Source of the DNA: the human T2T-CHM13v2.0 reference genome, Homo sapiens
Assembly (NCBI RefSeq): GCF_009914755.1
Contig: NC_060930.1
Direction: 5' to 3' (one strand)
DNA: 64,000 bases
Position numbers and translations under genes: made by a program. Below the pieces are notes generated by a model. The model searched no databases. It saw nothing but the letters and a program-made list of their open reading frames with translations, and had not been told where the DNA came from. The first letter of the stretch is position 1. Every line of letters starts with the position of its first letter. Positions 28,501 through 41,129 of this stretch are shown here, piece after piece.

Positions 28501-29999
28501 TTACTTTCCTGTCAAGATGGAGTAAAAATTTTAATGCTTTTGTAGAAGGGATTATCAGGATGGTCTCAGATTGTGTTAATACCAATAAATTCTTGCACAA
28601 AATCAAAGCAGAGACAAGACACTCTTATTTTTATTTTCACTGATGTTTCTATAATGCATAATTTTTATAAAAGATCCTTATCTCTGATTTCATATATAGA
28701 TAATATTAATGCTCCTTAATTAAATAATAGGATGAGTCATAAACTAACAGTACTACCAAATACATATGTTCTCTTGTAAGAAATACTAAATGAGACTTCT
28801 AGATAGGGAGGTTGTATTTGAAATTCTCTGTGTCTTTTATTCTTCCACTGTCAAATGGATCATTGTATTTTCAACACAATTATCTTTTCACCTAAATTGT
28901 ATCTTATTTAACTTGATCATTTAAACTGCTAATGTGACTTTTTTTGTGTTCATCTTGTCTTTATATAAATGAACTGCTATTCTCTAACTTGACTTTTGCT
29001 TAACATATGAAATCTGAAATTCAAAAGGAAGAAGGAAAAGGTAGGAATTTTTGGTTTGTTTGTCATTTGCAGGTGTGAGCAGTTCTCAGTCACTTGCCAT
29101 GAGCTCTCATTCCTTGGCATATTATTTGGATGAGGCATTGGGTCACTCCCATTTTTCATAGCTTGTCACACAATTAACTAAATCATTAAAATGGAACTAG
29201 TCCATTGTGACAAACTGGAATGACTAAAATCCTGCCTAAGGCACTGCGCTGCATGGCTGTTTAAGAAAATTCCATCTCTTCTACGTGTGTGATGGATAAC
29301 ATGACAAAAATATTCCGATTAAATTCTAACTTTGGAATACTTAATAAATTAGTAACAGCAGTAGAAGTGCCACTTACAGTCACCTGTCAGGGTGGAGCAG
29401 GTCTGCACTGCTGATCTTTTTGCCCTCTTTGTCTGCATTCATGAGAGCTGCTTGCAGCTGATGGCTGTGTGTGTAGGGGGCATATCTTATGAAGGTGCAA
29501 GATGACAGCAAGCAAAGAAGTTCGTTTGTAATGCCTCTGTGCGTATTCATTTCTCCCCTTCAAACTCGGAACACTTGAAGAACACAATGCTTTCTTTGAC
29601 ATCTTGAAACCTGACATCTCTCTTCATCATCATTTTTTATTCTTTTAAAAAAAACTTTTCTATCATGTAAAAATCATTTGGTGTTTTAGGGAATTTGTCA
29701 AGGAAATGTTTCTCCGACTAAAGCACATATACATTGTACAGTAATATTTAAGATGGAATTCAGTAAAATTATAATTTCTGGAGTGTACATTTTTGCACAC
29801 ATATTTTCGAGGGTTTTGTGGTATAAAGAAATGTGAAATGACACATTAATATATTTTTACACAAATTAATTAATTAAAAGTTTTAATATTGTTATAATTA
29901 CTTCTTAGTGCAGGGCTATTCATGTATGTCTGTAGGTACTGTGCTTGTGTTCACATACTCTCACACCCACGTGTAGAGTGGCATGTTGGAAAAATACAC

Positions 30000-30170
30000 C
30001 ATACTGGAGGTTAGGATATAAAGGATTTAATTCTTGTTTTAACACCAACTATATTTTTACCCCTGTAACGTCACTTTACCACTCTGGATCTAAGTTTTAT
30101 CATGAGTAAAATAAGGGAATGGGTCTAAATAATCTCTAAGATACTTTCCAAGATTTAAGCATTATCAAAC
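30000..30170 (+). mobile_element. MIR remnant
   Basis: gtcactttaccactctggatctaagttttatcatgagtaaaataaggg...taatctctaagatactttcca. Confidence 0.6.
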
Positions 30171-30833
30171 ATTAACACTAAGGATGAATAATCAAAATGC
30201 TGGATTACTGAAATGAATGCAAATATCTAGGGCTGTAATATAAAATTTTTATTTTTTATATGTTTAAAAAATGGAAATTTGCGTAGTAATACCTAACTAC
30301 TTTATGAAATAATATGTCTAGCAGTTTTCTGATTTGGTTTTAGGAACAAGATCTGTCAAGAGCTCATTGGTAGGTGAACACATTTTTTCCTACACTGAAT
30401 CTTCGTTTTAATGTTAGGGTCCAAATCACTGAGAAATTGCCTGTCCTTTAATGAACTTGCCATCTTTTGAGCCTGTGATTCTGATCTGGAGTGATTTCCC
30501 TCTGGCCCCTAACACTGATCTCGGGTATTCTAATCTTGGCTTGGACAATCTGTGTATATTATCCTATGGACTCAATATTGTCTTAGTACCTGATCCATTT
30601 AGATTGGTTCTTGTTTATCCTGTTTAGTTTGCTTTGTGGATCATCTTTTCCCTATTTCAACATAATTTTCATATTTCTGACCACAATAAAAAATTGGCAA
30701 TTATTTCCCTTGTAACAATGAATTACTCTACAGTGATTTAAGAAACAGCTTAATTCTATCCTTAGAAAATTCAAATTTTGGATAATAATAGTAATATGAC
30801 TATTACTACTATTACCAATACCAGTAATGGTTA

Positions 30834-31868
30834 TGTGTCCGGAATTGGTGGGTTCTTGGTCTCACTGACTTGAAGAATGAAGCCGCGGACCCTCGCGGTG
30901 AGTGTTACAGCTCTTAAGGCAGCACGTCTGGAGTTGTTCGTTCCTCCCAGTGGGCTCGTGGTCTCACTGGCTTCAGGAGTGAAGCTGCAGACTTTCGCAG
31001 TGAGTGTTACAGCTCATAAAAGCAGTGCAGACCCAAAGAGTGAGCAGCAGCAAGATTTATTGCAAAGAGCAAAAGAACAAAGCTTCCACAGTGTGGAAGG
31101 GGACCCAAGCCGGTTGCCACTGCTGGCTGGAGTAGCCTGATTTTATTCTCTTATCTGGCCCCACCCACATCCTGCTGATTGGTAGAACCAAGTGGTCTGT
31201 TTTGACAGGGTGCTGATTGGTGCATTTACAATCCCTGAGCTAGATATAAAGGTTCTCCACGTCCCCATCAGATTAGTTAGATACAGAGTATCCACACAAA
31301 GGTTCTCCAAGGCCCCACCAGAGCAGCCAGATACAGAGTGTCGATTGGTGCATTCACAAACCTTGAGCTAAACACAGGGTGCTGATTGGTGTGTTTACAA
31401 TCCCTGAGCTAGACATAAAGGCTCTCCACGTCCCCACCAGACTCAGGAGCCCAGCTGGCTTCACCTAGTGGATCCCGCACCCGGGCTGCAGGTGGAGCTG
31501 CCTGCCAGTCCCCTGCTGTGTGCTTGCACTCCTCAGCCCTTGGGTGGTTGATGGGACTGGGCGCCGTGAAGCAGGGGGTGGTGCTTGTCGGGGAGGCTCC
31601 GGCCGCACAGGAGCCCATGGAGTGGGTGGGAGGCTCAGGCATGGCGGGCTGCAGGTCCCGGGCCCTGCCCCCTGGGAAGGCAGCTAAGGCTCGGTGTGAA
31701 ATCGAGCGCAGCGCCATGGGCTGGCACTGCTGGGCCCAGAAAGGGGCTCCCACAGTGCAGTGGTGGGCTGAAGGGCTCCTCAAGTGCCGCCAAAGTGGGA
31801 GCCCAGGCAGAGGAGGTGCGGAGAGCAAGTGAGGGCTCTGAGGACTGCCAGCACGCTGTCACTTCTCA
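30834..31868 (-). mobile_element. Solo LTR12C-like (ERV9) LTR with internal deletion
   Basis: Reverse strand TGAGAAGTGACAGCGTGCTGGCAG...AAGAACCCACCAATTCCGGACACA. Perfect 4-bp TSD gtta at 30830-30833 and 31869-31872. Confidence 0.95.
31141..31430 (-). promoter_or_regulatory. LTR12 U3 promoter/enhancer: four CCAAT boxes, a GATA site and an AATAAAA TATA-like box
   Basis: attgg at 31178, 31216, 31344 and 31385; ttatct at 31151; ttttatt at 31141. Activity is inferred from family behaviour only. Confidence 0.6.
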
Positions 31869-32330
31869 GTTATACTATTATGAAAGGTCCACAACAGGTT
31901 AAATGGGGTATCTATTTCTCTATCTCACCATACTACTTAATGTAAACAGATTTTTTTTTTCAAGATTCACCAGGTTATGTGAGAGAGGCTTCTGAGAATA
32001 CCATAACCCTATTCTAAATTACTATGTTAAAATAGGAAGCTCAGTTAGTTGTGAAGAAGAGAGTATTGTGCCAGTACTTGAGGAAGGGGTAAGTCTACTG
32101 AATAATTGGCCCAAGAAAGACATTCTTTATTATAAAGTGTTTCTGGACATATTCTGTCCAAGGAATTTATGTCCCAATTTGCATAATCCATTCTATCACA
32201 ACACAATTAACATCTTAGTGTCTTCATTTTTTTATTGTTCTGTTTCTCTGTACTGTAGTGTAAGTCTAAATCGTGTTGTATTCATCTTTGTTTACTTGTG
32301 TGTTCAGTACAGGGTGGTATGAGATGTATA

Positions 32331-32666
32331 AGCTGCAGGCTGTTTAAGCATGACATCAGCATCTGCTTGGCTTCCGGTGAAGCCTCAGAAAGCTTTTACG
32401 TGTGGGGAAAGACAAAGGGAAGGCAGGTCACATGTTGAGAAAGAGAGCAAGAAAAAGAGCAGAGGAGATGCCAGATTCTTTTTAACAACCAGATCTTGTG
32501 TTAGTTCATAGAGCAAGAACTCACTCCTTATTATGAGGATGGCACCAAGATATTTATGAGGGATCCATCCCCATGATCTAAACTCCTTCCACCAGGCCCC
32601 ACTTCCAATATTGAGGATCACATTTCAACATGAGATCTGGAGGGAACAAACAGCCAAAGTATATCA
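32331..32666 (-). mobile_element. MSTB-like MaLR LTR, partial
   Basis: gcatctgcttggcttccggtgaagcctcag...caaccagatct...cacatttcaacatgagatctggaggg...atatca. Confidence 0.85.
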
Positions 32667-33728
32667 AAAAGTTTCTGAATAATCAATGAAGTTTTGCATC
32701 TACTTTTTTCCCCTCTGCTTTTTACTTCCTGTCATTTACACTGGTTACTTGATATCATATTAACAACCATACTCCTTCACATCTTTTCATACACCCCCAA
32801 AAGTCAAGTTTGGGGGTTGGTTAAATGTTAATTTTCTTGTGCGTTTGTGAAATGTGTTTCTTATGTAAATACATTAATGCAAGCTATTAGAAAGAAATTA
32901 TGGCATCACAAATGTCTATGCTTTTTAAATTCTACCTTTTAGGGATATTAATATTCATTGCTATTAAACTAGTAATTCTATATATTGTTAAAAAAACTAA
33001 ATTGGAAAAGCAATTAAGGCATCTGGAACAATATCATTTAAAGAAACAACATTTTTTTCAAGGACTGAATTTTATGTTCAAAAATCGAATAGAAAAATCT
33101 CAGCTTTATCTTTACCTGGAGCCTGCTCTTTCACTATATTACACAGAGCTAGCCTTTCTGCACATGTTCTAGTTTGTTCTTACATTAACTCTTTTAAATA
33201 ATCCCCTTGGAAAGATAATTCTTCTGATACACAAAAATAGAAAAGAGGACCAAAACGTTTTGGAAACAATTTTAGATGCTGGGCTGTCAACAAGCATCAC
33301 TGAAAATAAACAATGGGATTTTTCCTTCCCTGAAAAGATGTATTTCTGAAACTTCCTCTTTCAGATGCTTAGATTTGAAGACATTTTCTAAGACAAGTTG
33401 TAATGTGTGAGAGCTAGTCTACTCATCTTATCTTCAGAGAAAGAAAGGACGGAGAAACACCCAAGAGGTACACTGAAGTGTGCCAATACTTCACAATTTT
33501 CATGGCAAATCATGAATGTTTTCTTTACTTCTCAAATTATCTCATGATTTATCAGAAGTTATTTATTCTCTCTAGAAGAAATCTTATTAATTATAGCTGT
33601 TCACTTATAAATCACTAAAAGTAGGCAGAATTAATGAAAAAAATTAACTATTCTATTCACCACCTATACCATCCTTAATACATTGTCAAGCATCTGATAG
33701 CTTCATTTTGTCTCATTTGGTACAATGC

Positions 33729-34557
33729 TTTTTTTCTTTTTTTTTAACTTATTTTAAGTTCAGGGTCATAAATACAGGTTTGTTACACAGGTAAACTAGT
33801 GTCATGGGGGTGAGTTGTACAGATTATTTCATCACCCAGATATTAAGCCTACTTACTACAAATCCTGATCCTCTCCCTCCTCCCATTCTCCACCCTCTGA
33901 CAGGCCCCAGTGTGTGTTGTTCCTCTCTATGCGACCATGTGTTCTCATCATTTAGCTCCCACTTATTAGTGCACACATGCAATATTTCATTTTCTGTTCT
34001 CGTGTAAGTTTGCTAAGGATAATGGCCTCCAGCTCCATCCATGTTCCTGCAAAAGACATGATCTCATTCTTTTTTATAGCTACATAGTATTCCATAGCGT
34101 ATATATAGCACATTTCTTTATCCAGTCTATCACTGATGGACATTTAGGTTGATTCCATGTCTTTATTATTGTAAATAGTGCTGCAGTAAACAGACAATCT
34201 ATAGGATGGGATAAAATTTTGTGCACTGTGCATCCTATAAAGGTCTAATATCAAGCATATATAAGGGACTTAAACAAATTTACAAAAACAGAACAGGAAA
34301 CAGTGGGAAAAAGACATTAACAGACACTTTGCAAAAGAAGATATACATGCAACCAACATCATATGAACTAAAGCTCAACATCACAGATCATTAGAGAAAT
34401 GCAATTTAAAACGACAATGAGATACCATCGAACACCAATCAGAATGGCTACTATTACAAAGAAGTAAAAGAATAACAGGTATTGGCTAGATTGTGGAGAT
34501 AAGGAAACGTTTATATACACGTATGTGTATGTTAATTGGAGCACTATTCACAGTATC
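33729..34557 (-). mobile_element. Older L1PA (PA13-16-like) with 5' inversion (antisense 3' end 33729-34192, plus-oriented segment 34185-34557)
   Basis: T-run followed by attttaagttcaggg...gtaaactagtgtcatggggg. Orientation switches at agtaaaca|gacaatc. Confidence 0.85.
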
Positions 34558-34715
34558 ATAATCCAATTTTTTTTTTCTTCTCAACAGGAAATGGAAATTG
34601 ATAGTCCTGTTTTAGTCCTTAACATTGCTGGATATCTCTGCTGCAAATGGACACTGCTGATTTTCTTCTCACACCTATCTATTAATTTGAATTCCATGGC
34701 AATATTTTCTCCATG

Positions 34716-37020
34716 TGATACGGTTTGGCTGTGTCCCCATGCGAATCTCATCTTGAATTGTAATAATCCCCATGTGTTGTGGGAGGGACATGGTGAGAGG
34801 TAATTGAATCAAGGGGCTGGTTCTTTTCCATTGTGTTCTTATGATAGTGAGTAAGTTTCATGAATTCTGATGGTTTTATAAAGGGGAGTTCCCCTACACA
34901 AGCTGTCTTGCCTGCCACCATGAAAGATGTGACTTTGCTCCTCATTCACCTTCCTACATGATTGTGAGACCTCCCCAGCCATGTGGAACTGTGAGTCAAT
35001 TAAACCTCTTTCTTTTGTAAATTACCCAGTCTGGGTATGTCTTTATTACCAACATTAGAACAAAGTAATACAGTAAATTCATACTGGGTAATGGAGTGCT
35101 GCTGTAAATATGCCTGAAAATGTGGAATCAACTTTGGAACTGGGTCATTGACAGAGGTTGGAACAGTTTGGAGGGCTCAAAAGAAGACAGGAAAATGTGG
35201 AACAGATTGAAACTTCCTAAGGACTTGGGGGGCTCGGAAGACAGGAAGATGTGGGAAAATTGGCAACTTCCTAGAGATTTGTTGAATGGCTTTGACCAAA
35301 CTGCTGTTAGTGATATGGACAATAAAATCCAGGCTGAGGTGGTCTCAGATGGAGATGGGGAACTTGTTGGCAAATGGAGTAAAGATCACTCTTGCTATGC
35401 AAATAGACTGGCAGCATTTTGCTCCTTGCCTAGAGATCTGTGGAACTTTGAACTTGAGAGAGATGATTCAGGGTACCTGGTAGAAGAAATTTCTAAGCAG
35501 AAAAACATTCAAGAGGAAGCAGAGCATAAAAGTTTGGAAAAGTGGCAGCCTGACAATGTAATAGTAAAGAAAAACCCATTTTCTAGGGAAAAAAAATCAA
35601 GCCTGCTGCAGAAGTTTTCATAAGTAATAAGGCACCAAATGTTAATCACCAAAACAATGGAGGAAATGTCTCTGGGGCATATCAGAGACCTTTGTGGCAG
35701 GCCCTCCCATCACAGACCCTGAGGCTTAGGAGGAAAAATGGTTTCCTGGGCCAGATCTGGGGGGCCCCCTGCTGTGTGCAGCCTCAGGGACTTAGTGCCC
35801 TGTACCCCAGCTACTCCAGCCATAGCTAAAAGTGACAAAGGTACAGCTCAGGCCATGGCTTCAGAGGGTGCAAGCCCCAAGCCTTGGCAGTTTCCACTTG
35901 GTAATGTGCCTGCAGGTGGACAGAAGTCAAGAATTGAAGTTTGAGAACCTCTATTTCAGAGGATGTATTGAAACATCTGGATGTCCAGGCAGAAGTTTGC
36001 TGCAGGGGTGGAGCCCTCATAGAGAGCTTTTGCTAGGGCATTGCAGATGGAAATGTAGGGTGGGAGCCCCACACAGTACCCACTGCGACACTGCCTAGTG
36101 GCACTGTGAGAAGAGGGCCACCTTTCTCCAGACCCCCAGAATAGTAGCTCCACCAATGGCTTGTACCAAGCACCTGGAAAAGGTGCAGACACTCAATGCC
36201 AGCCCATGAAAGCAGCCAGGAGGGGGCTGTACCCTCTAAAGCCACAGAGGCTGAGCTGCCCAAAGCTGTGGGAGCCCATCTCTTGCATTGATGTGACCTG
36301 GATATGAGACATGGAGTCAAATGAGATCATTTTGGAACTTTAAGGCTTAATGACAGCCCTATTGGATTGTGGACTTGCAGCGGACCTGTAGCTCTCTGTT
36401 TTGGCCAATTTCTCCCAGTTGGAATAGGTGTATTTACCAACACCTATACCCTCATTGTATGTAGGGGTATAGGCATTGGGTAAATATTAACTTGCTTTTC
36501 ATTTTGCAGGCTCATAGGCAGAAGGGACTTACTGTGCCTCACGTAAGACATTGGACTGTGGACTTGAGTTAATGCTGAAATGAGTTAAGAATTTGTGGGA
36601 CTGTTGGGAAGGCATGATTGGTTTTGAATGTGACAACATGATATTTGGGAGAGGCCAGGGGCAGAATGATATTGTTTGACTGTGTCCCCAACCAAATCTC
36701 ACCTTGAATTGTAATAGCCCCACATGTGGGAGAGACCTGGTGGGAGATAGTTGAATCATGGGGGCAGGTATTTCCTGTGCTCTTCATGTGATAATGAATA
36801 AATCTTATGAGAGCTGATGGTTTTATAAAAGAGAGAACTCCTACACAAGCCTTCTTGCCTGCCTCCATCTAAGATGTGACTTTGCTCATCATTTGCATTT
36901 CTTCATTATTATGAGGCCTCGCCATCCATGTGGAACTGTGAGTCCATTAAACTTCTTTCCTTTATAAATTACCCAGTCTTGGGTATGTCTTTATTAGCAG
37001 TGTGAAAACAAACTAATACA
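34716..37020 (+). mobile_element. Full-length THE1C-like MaLR (5' LTR 34716-35072, internal 35073-36666, 3' LTR 36667-37020)
   Basis: Two tgata...aataca LTRs. Polypurine tract gggagaggccaggggcagaa before the 3' LTR. Perfect TSD ccatg at 34711-34715 and 37021-37025. Confidence 0.95.
35120..35623 (+). pseudogene. THE1 internal ORF remnant
   Basis: 167-aa frame (WNSLEGS..EDRKMW..LPRDLLNGFDQ..DLWNFELERDD) homologous to ORF 3347-3574. Downstream frames are broken. Confidence 0.75.
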
Positions 37021-37039
37021 CCATGTTTTGCATAAGACT

Positions 37040-37520
37040 GTAATATTTTCCTCTGTCCCCTTCCTACTCCCACTGTGAAGATATTCCTTCATCCTCCTAC
37101 TCCTTAACTGTTGTTATTACTTTGAATTCCTGCTTTATCTTTTAGAATTGCTTCTATGTATTCCCTTTGGATGTTCACATCTGTATTCATTATTTTAATT
37201 ATCATCATTATTATCTGCATGTGACTTTTAAGTACTTCTCAATCTCTAATCTTTCTGAGCTTTAGATTATACATAATATTTAGATATTCCACATGTGCCT
37301 TCACTTCAATATGCCCAACACTGCTTTTCCATCTGCATTTTCCATTCTGCCAAGTCAGAATCCTAAGTCATTCCAGGGCTTTCATCTCATACCCCCTCAT
37401 CCCTCCATATAGCAAATCCAATCAACTGTAGCCAAGCTCTACGTATATGCTTACTGCCCTAGTTTAGGGCTTTTTTGTTTTTCCCACCTTCATTATTCTA
37501 GTAACCTCTTATAAGAATCC
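37040..37520 (+). mobile_element. L2 remnant
   Basis: atctctaatctttctgagctttagatt...cacttcaatatgccc...caagtcagaatcctaagtcatt. Confidence 0.5.
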
Positions 37521-37764
37521 TAGCTGGAAGTACTTAGTTTTGATATCACAATATTCCATGAGGCACTACATATATTTATCAATCATGAAAATTGTATCTC
37601 ATTATTAAAGTCTTGTAAAAATAAAAATTTATTTTTTAAATCAGTGAAAATAATTCTGGACATTGACTCTAGGGTTGTCATATTCGAGAAAGGGTATTTT
37701 TTTAAAGTCTAATTATTAAAATTTAAAAAGCTGGGAAACTTATTATTGCATAGAATATGTTATT

Positions 37765-39359
37765 TTTCCTGACTTTTTAAAGATCGCCATTCTAACTAGT
37801 ATGAGATGGTATCTCATTGTGGTTTTGATTTGTGTTTCTCTGATGGCCAGTGATGCTGAGCATTTTTTCATGTGTCTGTTGGCTGCATAAATGTCTTCTT
37901 TTGAGAAGTGTCTGTTCATATCCTTTGCTCACTTTTTGATGGGGTAGTTTGTTTTTTTTCTTGTAAATTTGTTGGAGTTCATTGTAGATTCTGGATATTA
38001 GCCCTTTGTCAGATGAGTAAATTGCAAACATTTTCTCCCATTCTGTAGGTTGCCTGTTCACTCTGATGGTAGTTTCTTTTGCTGTGCAGAAGCTGTTTAG
38101 TTTAATTAGATCCCATTTGTCAATTTTGGCTTCTGTTGCCATTGCTTTTGGTGTTTTAGACATGAAGTCCTTGCCCATGCCTATATCCTGAATGGTATTG
38201 CCTAGGTTTTCTTCTAGGGTTATTATGGTTTGAGGACTAACATGTAAGTCTTTAATCCATCTTGAATTAATTTTTGTATAAGGCATAAGGAAGGGATCCA
38301 GTTTCAGCTTTCTGCATAAGGCTAGCCAGTTTTCCCAGCACCATTTATTAAATAGAGAATCACTTCCCCATTTCTTGTTTTTCTCAGGTTTGTCAAAGCT
38401 CAGATGTTTGTAGATAAGTGGCATTATTTCTGAAGGCTCTGTTTTGTTCTATTGGTCTATATCTCTGTTTTGGTACCAGTACCATGCTGTTTTGGTTACT
38501 GTATCCTTGTAGTATAGTTTGAAGTCAGGTAGTGTGATGCCTCCAGCTTTGTTCTTTTGGCTTAGGATTGACTTGGCAATGCGGGCTATTTTTTGGTTCC
38601 ATATGAACTTTAAAGTAGTTTTTTTCCAATTCTGTGAGAAAGTCATTGGTAGCTTGATGGGGATGGCATTGAATCTATAAATTACCTTGGGCAGTATGGC
38701 CACAGGTGCTGGAGAGGATGTGAAGAAATAGGAGCAGTTTTACACTGTTGGTGGTACTGTAAACTAGTTCAACCATTGTGGAAGTCAGTGTGGCAATTCC
38801 TCAGGGATCTAGAACTAGAAATACCATTTGACCCAGCAATCCTATTACTGGGTATATACCCAAAGGATTATAAATTATGCTGCTATAAAGACACATGCAC
38901 ACGTATGTTTACTGCAGCACTATTCACAATAGCAAAGACTTGGAACCAACCCAAATGTCCAACAATGATAGACTGGATTAAGAAAATGTGGGACATATAC
39001 ACCGTGGAATACTATGCAGCCATAAAAAGGATGAGTTCATGTCCTTTGTAGGGACATGGATGAAGCTGAAAACCATCATTCTCAGCAAACTATCGCAAGG
39101 ACAAAAACCAAACACCACATATTCTCACTTATAGGTGGGAATTGAACAATGAGAACACATGGACACAGGAAGGGGAACATCACACACTGGGGCCTGTTGT
39201 GGGGTGGGGGAACGGGGGAGGGATAGCATTAGGAGATATACCTAATGTTAAATGAAGACTTAATGGGTGCAGCACACCAACATGGCACATGTATACATAT
39301 GTAACAAACCTGCACGCTGTGCACAGGTACCCTAAAACTTAAAGTATAATGAAAAAAAA
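37765..39359 (+). mobile_element. L1PA4/5-like, 5'-truncated with 5' inversion (antisense 37765-38702, sense 38702-39359)
   Basis: Minus-strand ORF2 fragments at 37792-38703. 3'UTR gcattaggagatatacctaatgttaaatg. 17-bp TSD agaa(t/a)atgttatttttc at 37752-37768 and 39360-39376. Confidence 0.94.
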
Positions 39360-41129
39360 AGAAAATGTTATTTTTCTGTGTTCCAAAGTACCTTAAGTGT
39401 AATTATTTTGTGACAGTTTGGCAAATAATAGCAAATCATTCTTCTCAGGAAACTTGCTTTGAACTTTCAAGTTTGATGAAGCAAGCCTTGCTATTGCCAC
39501 ATGTTCCAATCTGTCTACATCTATGTTAACAGTTCATACATGATATGGTAATTTTTTATTCATAATTTATTAATTGTTCTGTTCCAATATATTGTGGAAA
39601 TGTATTTATTTTCTTTGCCCTCTATTTAATACATTGTCTGGCGTGGATTAGGTGTTTAATAAATACTTATGAGCTCATATATTAGAATTAAATATATATT
39701 AAGTGAAGATGCTAGTTTCCAATTCTTAGAGTATCAGGAATATTTGATAAAATTTAGTTGATTTAGTCTATACAAATAGCAGCTGTTATGTAGTGTGATG
39801 TATGTATGAGCATATGGTATATGGTGTGTTTGTATAAGCATATGGTATATGAATCCACTATTTTATATTTTTTGTATAAATGGAGAATATACTTTTATGT
39901 AAGGCCATGTTAGACCAAGGATTAAAGCAAAAATTTCATGCTACAACATGTATTTTTTTATATCACAGAAGGGCACAGCACTAATATACTTTGAAGTGAT
40001 TATTGCTGTGGTAAAATATTAAATAAATATATAATTCAATGTGACATGGGAGAGTGAAAATCTAAATGAAAGCAGAACATGCATATTGTTTTTACGTTGT
40101 ACCTGCCAGTCAAGCTAAAATTTTATGAAGAACTGAGAAGCAATTTTCACTCATGTACATTATATCATGTAGGTCATATTCTTTTATGTAAATCTCTTTC
40201 ACTTGAGTGTTTAAATTTCAATATAAATGTAGTTCTAAAGACTATCATTTTTGTTTCTTTCTCTCTTTAATTCATTTTGAGTTTTAGAGTGCAAATGTTT
40301 TATTGAGGATGAAACCTATAAAGGGTATTGTTTGAATAGGTGTTAAAACATGAGTGCATCTGTTTTGGAAAATAGTGGTATTGCAGAAGCTCTCTCCTTT
40401 CCCCATAGTACATCATCCCACAGGCAGGGGAAGAGAGATGTGAGCTCAAAGGTGTGTACTAATTCACAGCTGAAACTTTAAAAATAAGATAAATGCTGTA
40501 CTTTCTCTTTTAGGAGAGGCTGGACATCCTTTAGCTTTAAGCATGCTTTGTCTCTCTGTTTCATAGAGCTCATTGACCAGTTCCACATCAGAAAATCCAT
40601 TTTCACAAAATGTCCTGCAATGATAACTTTGGACACATTTTTGTGTACATTAGCCTTTTCTCTCTGTATAAGACTCTGATCAGTAACATTACTAGATCCT
40701 ATGGGGATATACCATTGTTGAATTTCAACTTGGGAAAAAATCAAAACAAAGCAAAGCAAACAAAGCAAAAATCCTCAAATACTCACATAGTTTATCCATA
40801 GTTATTCCTACAATAGTAGATTAGTAGATTGTTACATGGATGAAACACATGAAACTCCAATAGCACACCACTAATTAAATCTAGTAAAGTTGTTTTTTTT
40901 TTAATTCTGAAAATCCATTTATGCCACCTAAAAAAAAGCTTGGCATTAAGGATCCAAGAAAGTGAAAGGGTTTGTATTTGTTAATCAATTATTCATTGTC
41001 CTAGCAGGAAACAAAAACCTCAAAGTAATTGGTGAATTTTAATGTAAGTTTTATTTACAAAGGTGAGGGCAGGATTAAGTGATACTAAAAAAAGTCAGTG
41101 AAGAATACCAGTCCTAGCAATCTCATTCT

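Noticed and set aside
30877-31902. Overlapping GC-rich ORFs suggesting a CpG-island gene
   Set aside because: They lie essentially inside the LTR12C; open frames reflect the high GC content.
35140-35285. Tandem duplication in the THE1 internal ORF (EDRKMW twice)
   Set aside because: I recall this duplication as common among THE1 internal sequences, so it is probably a subfamily trait. Check against Dfam.
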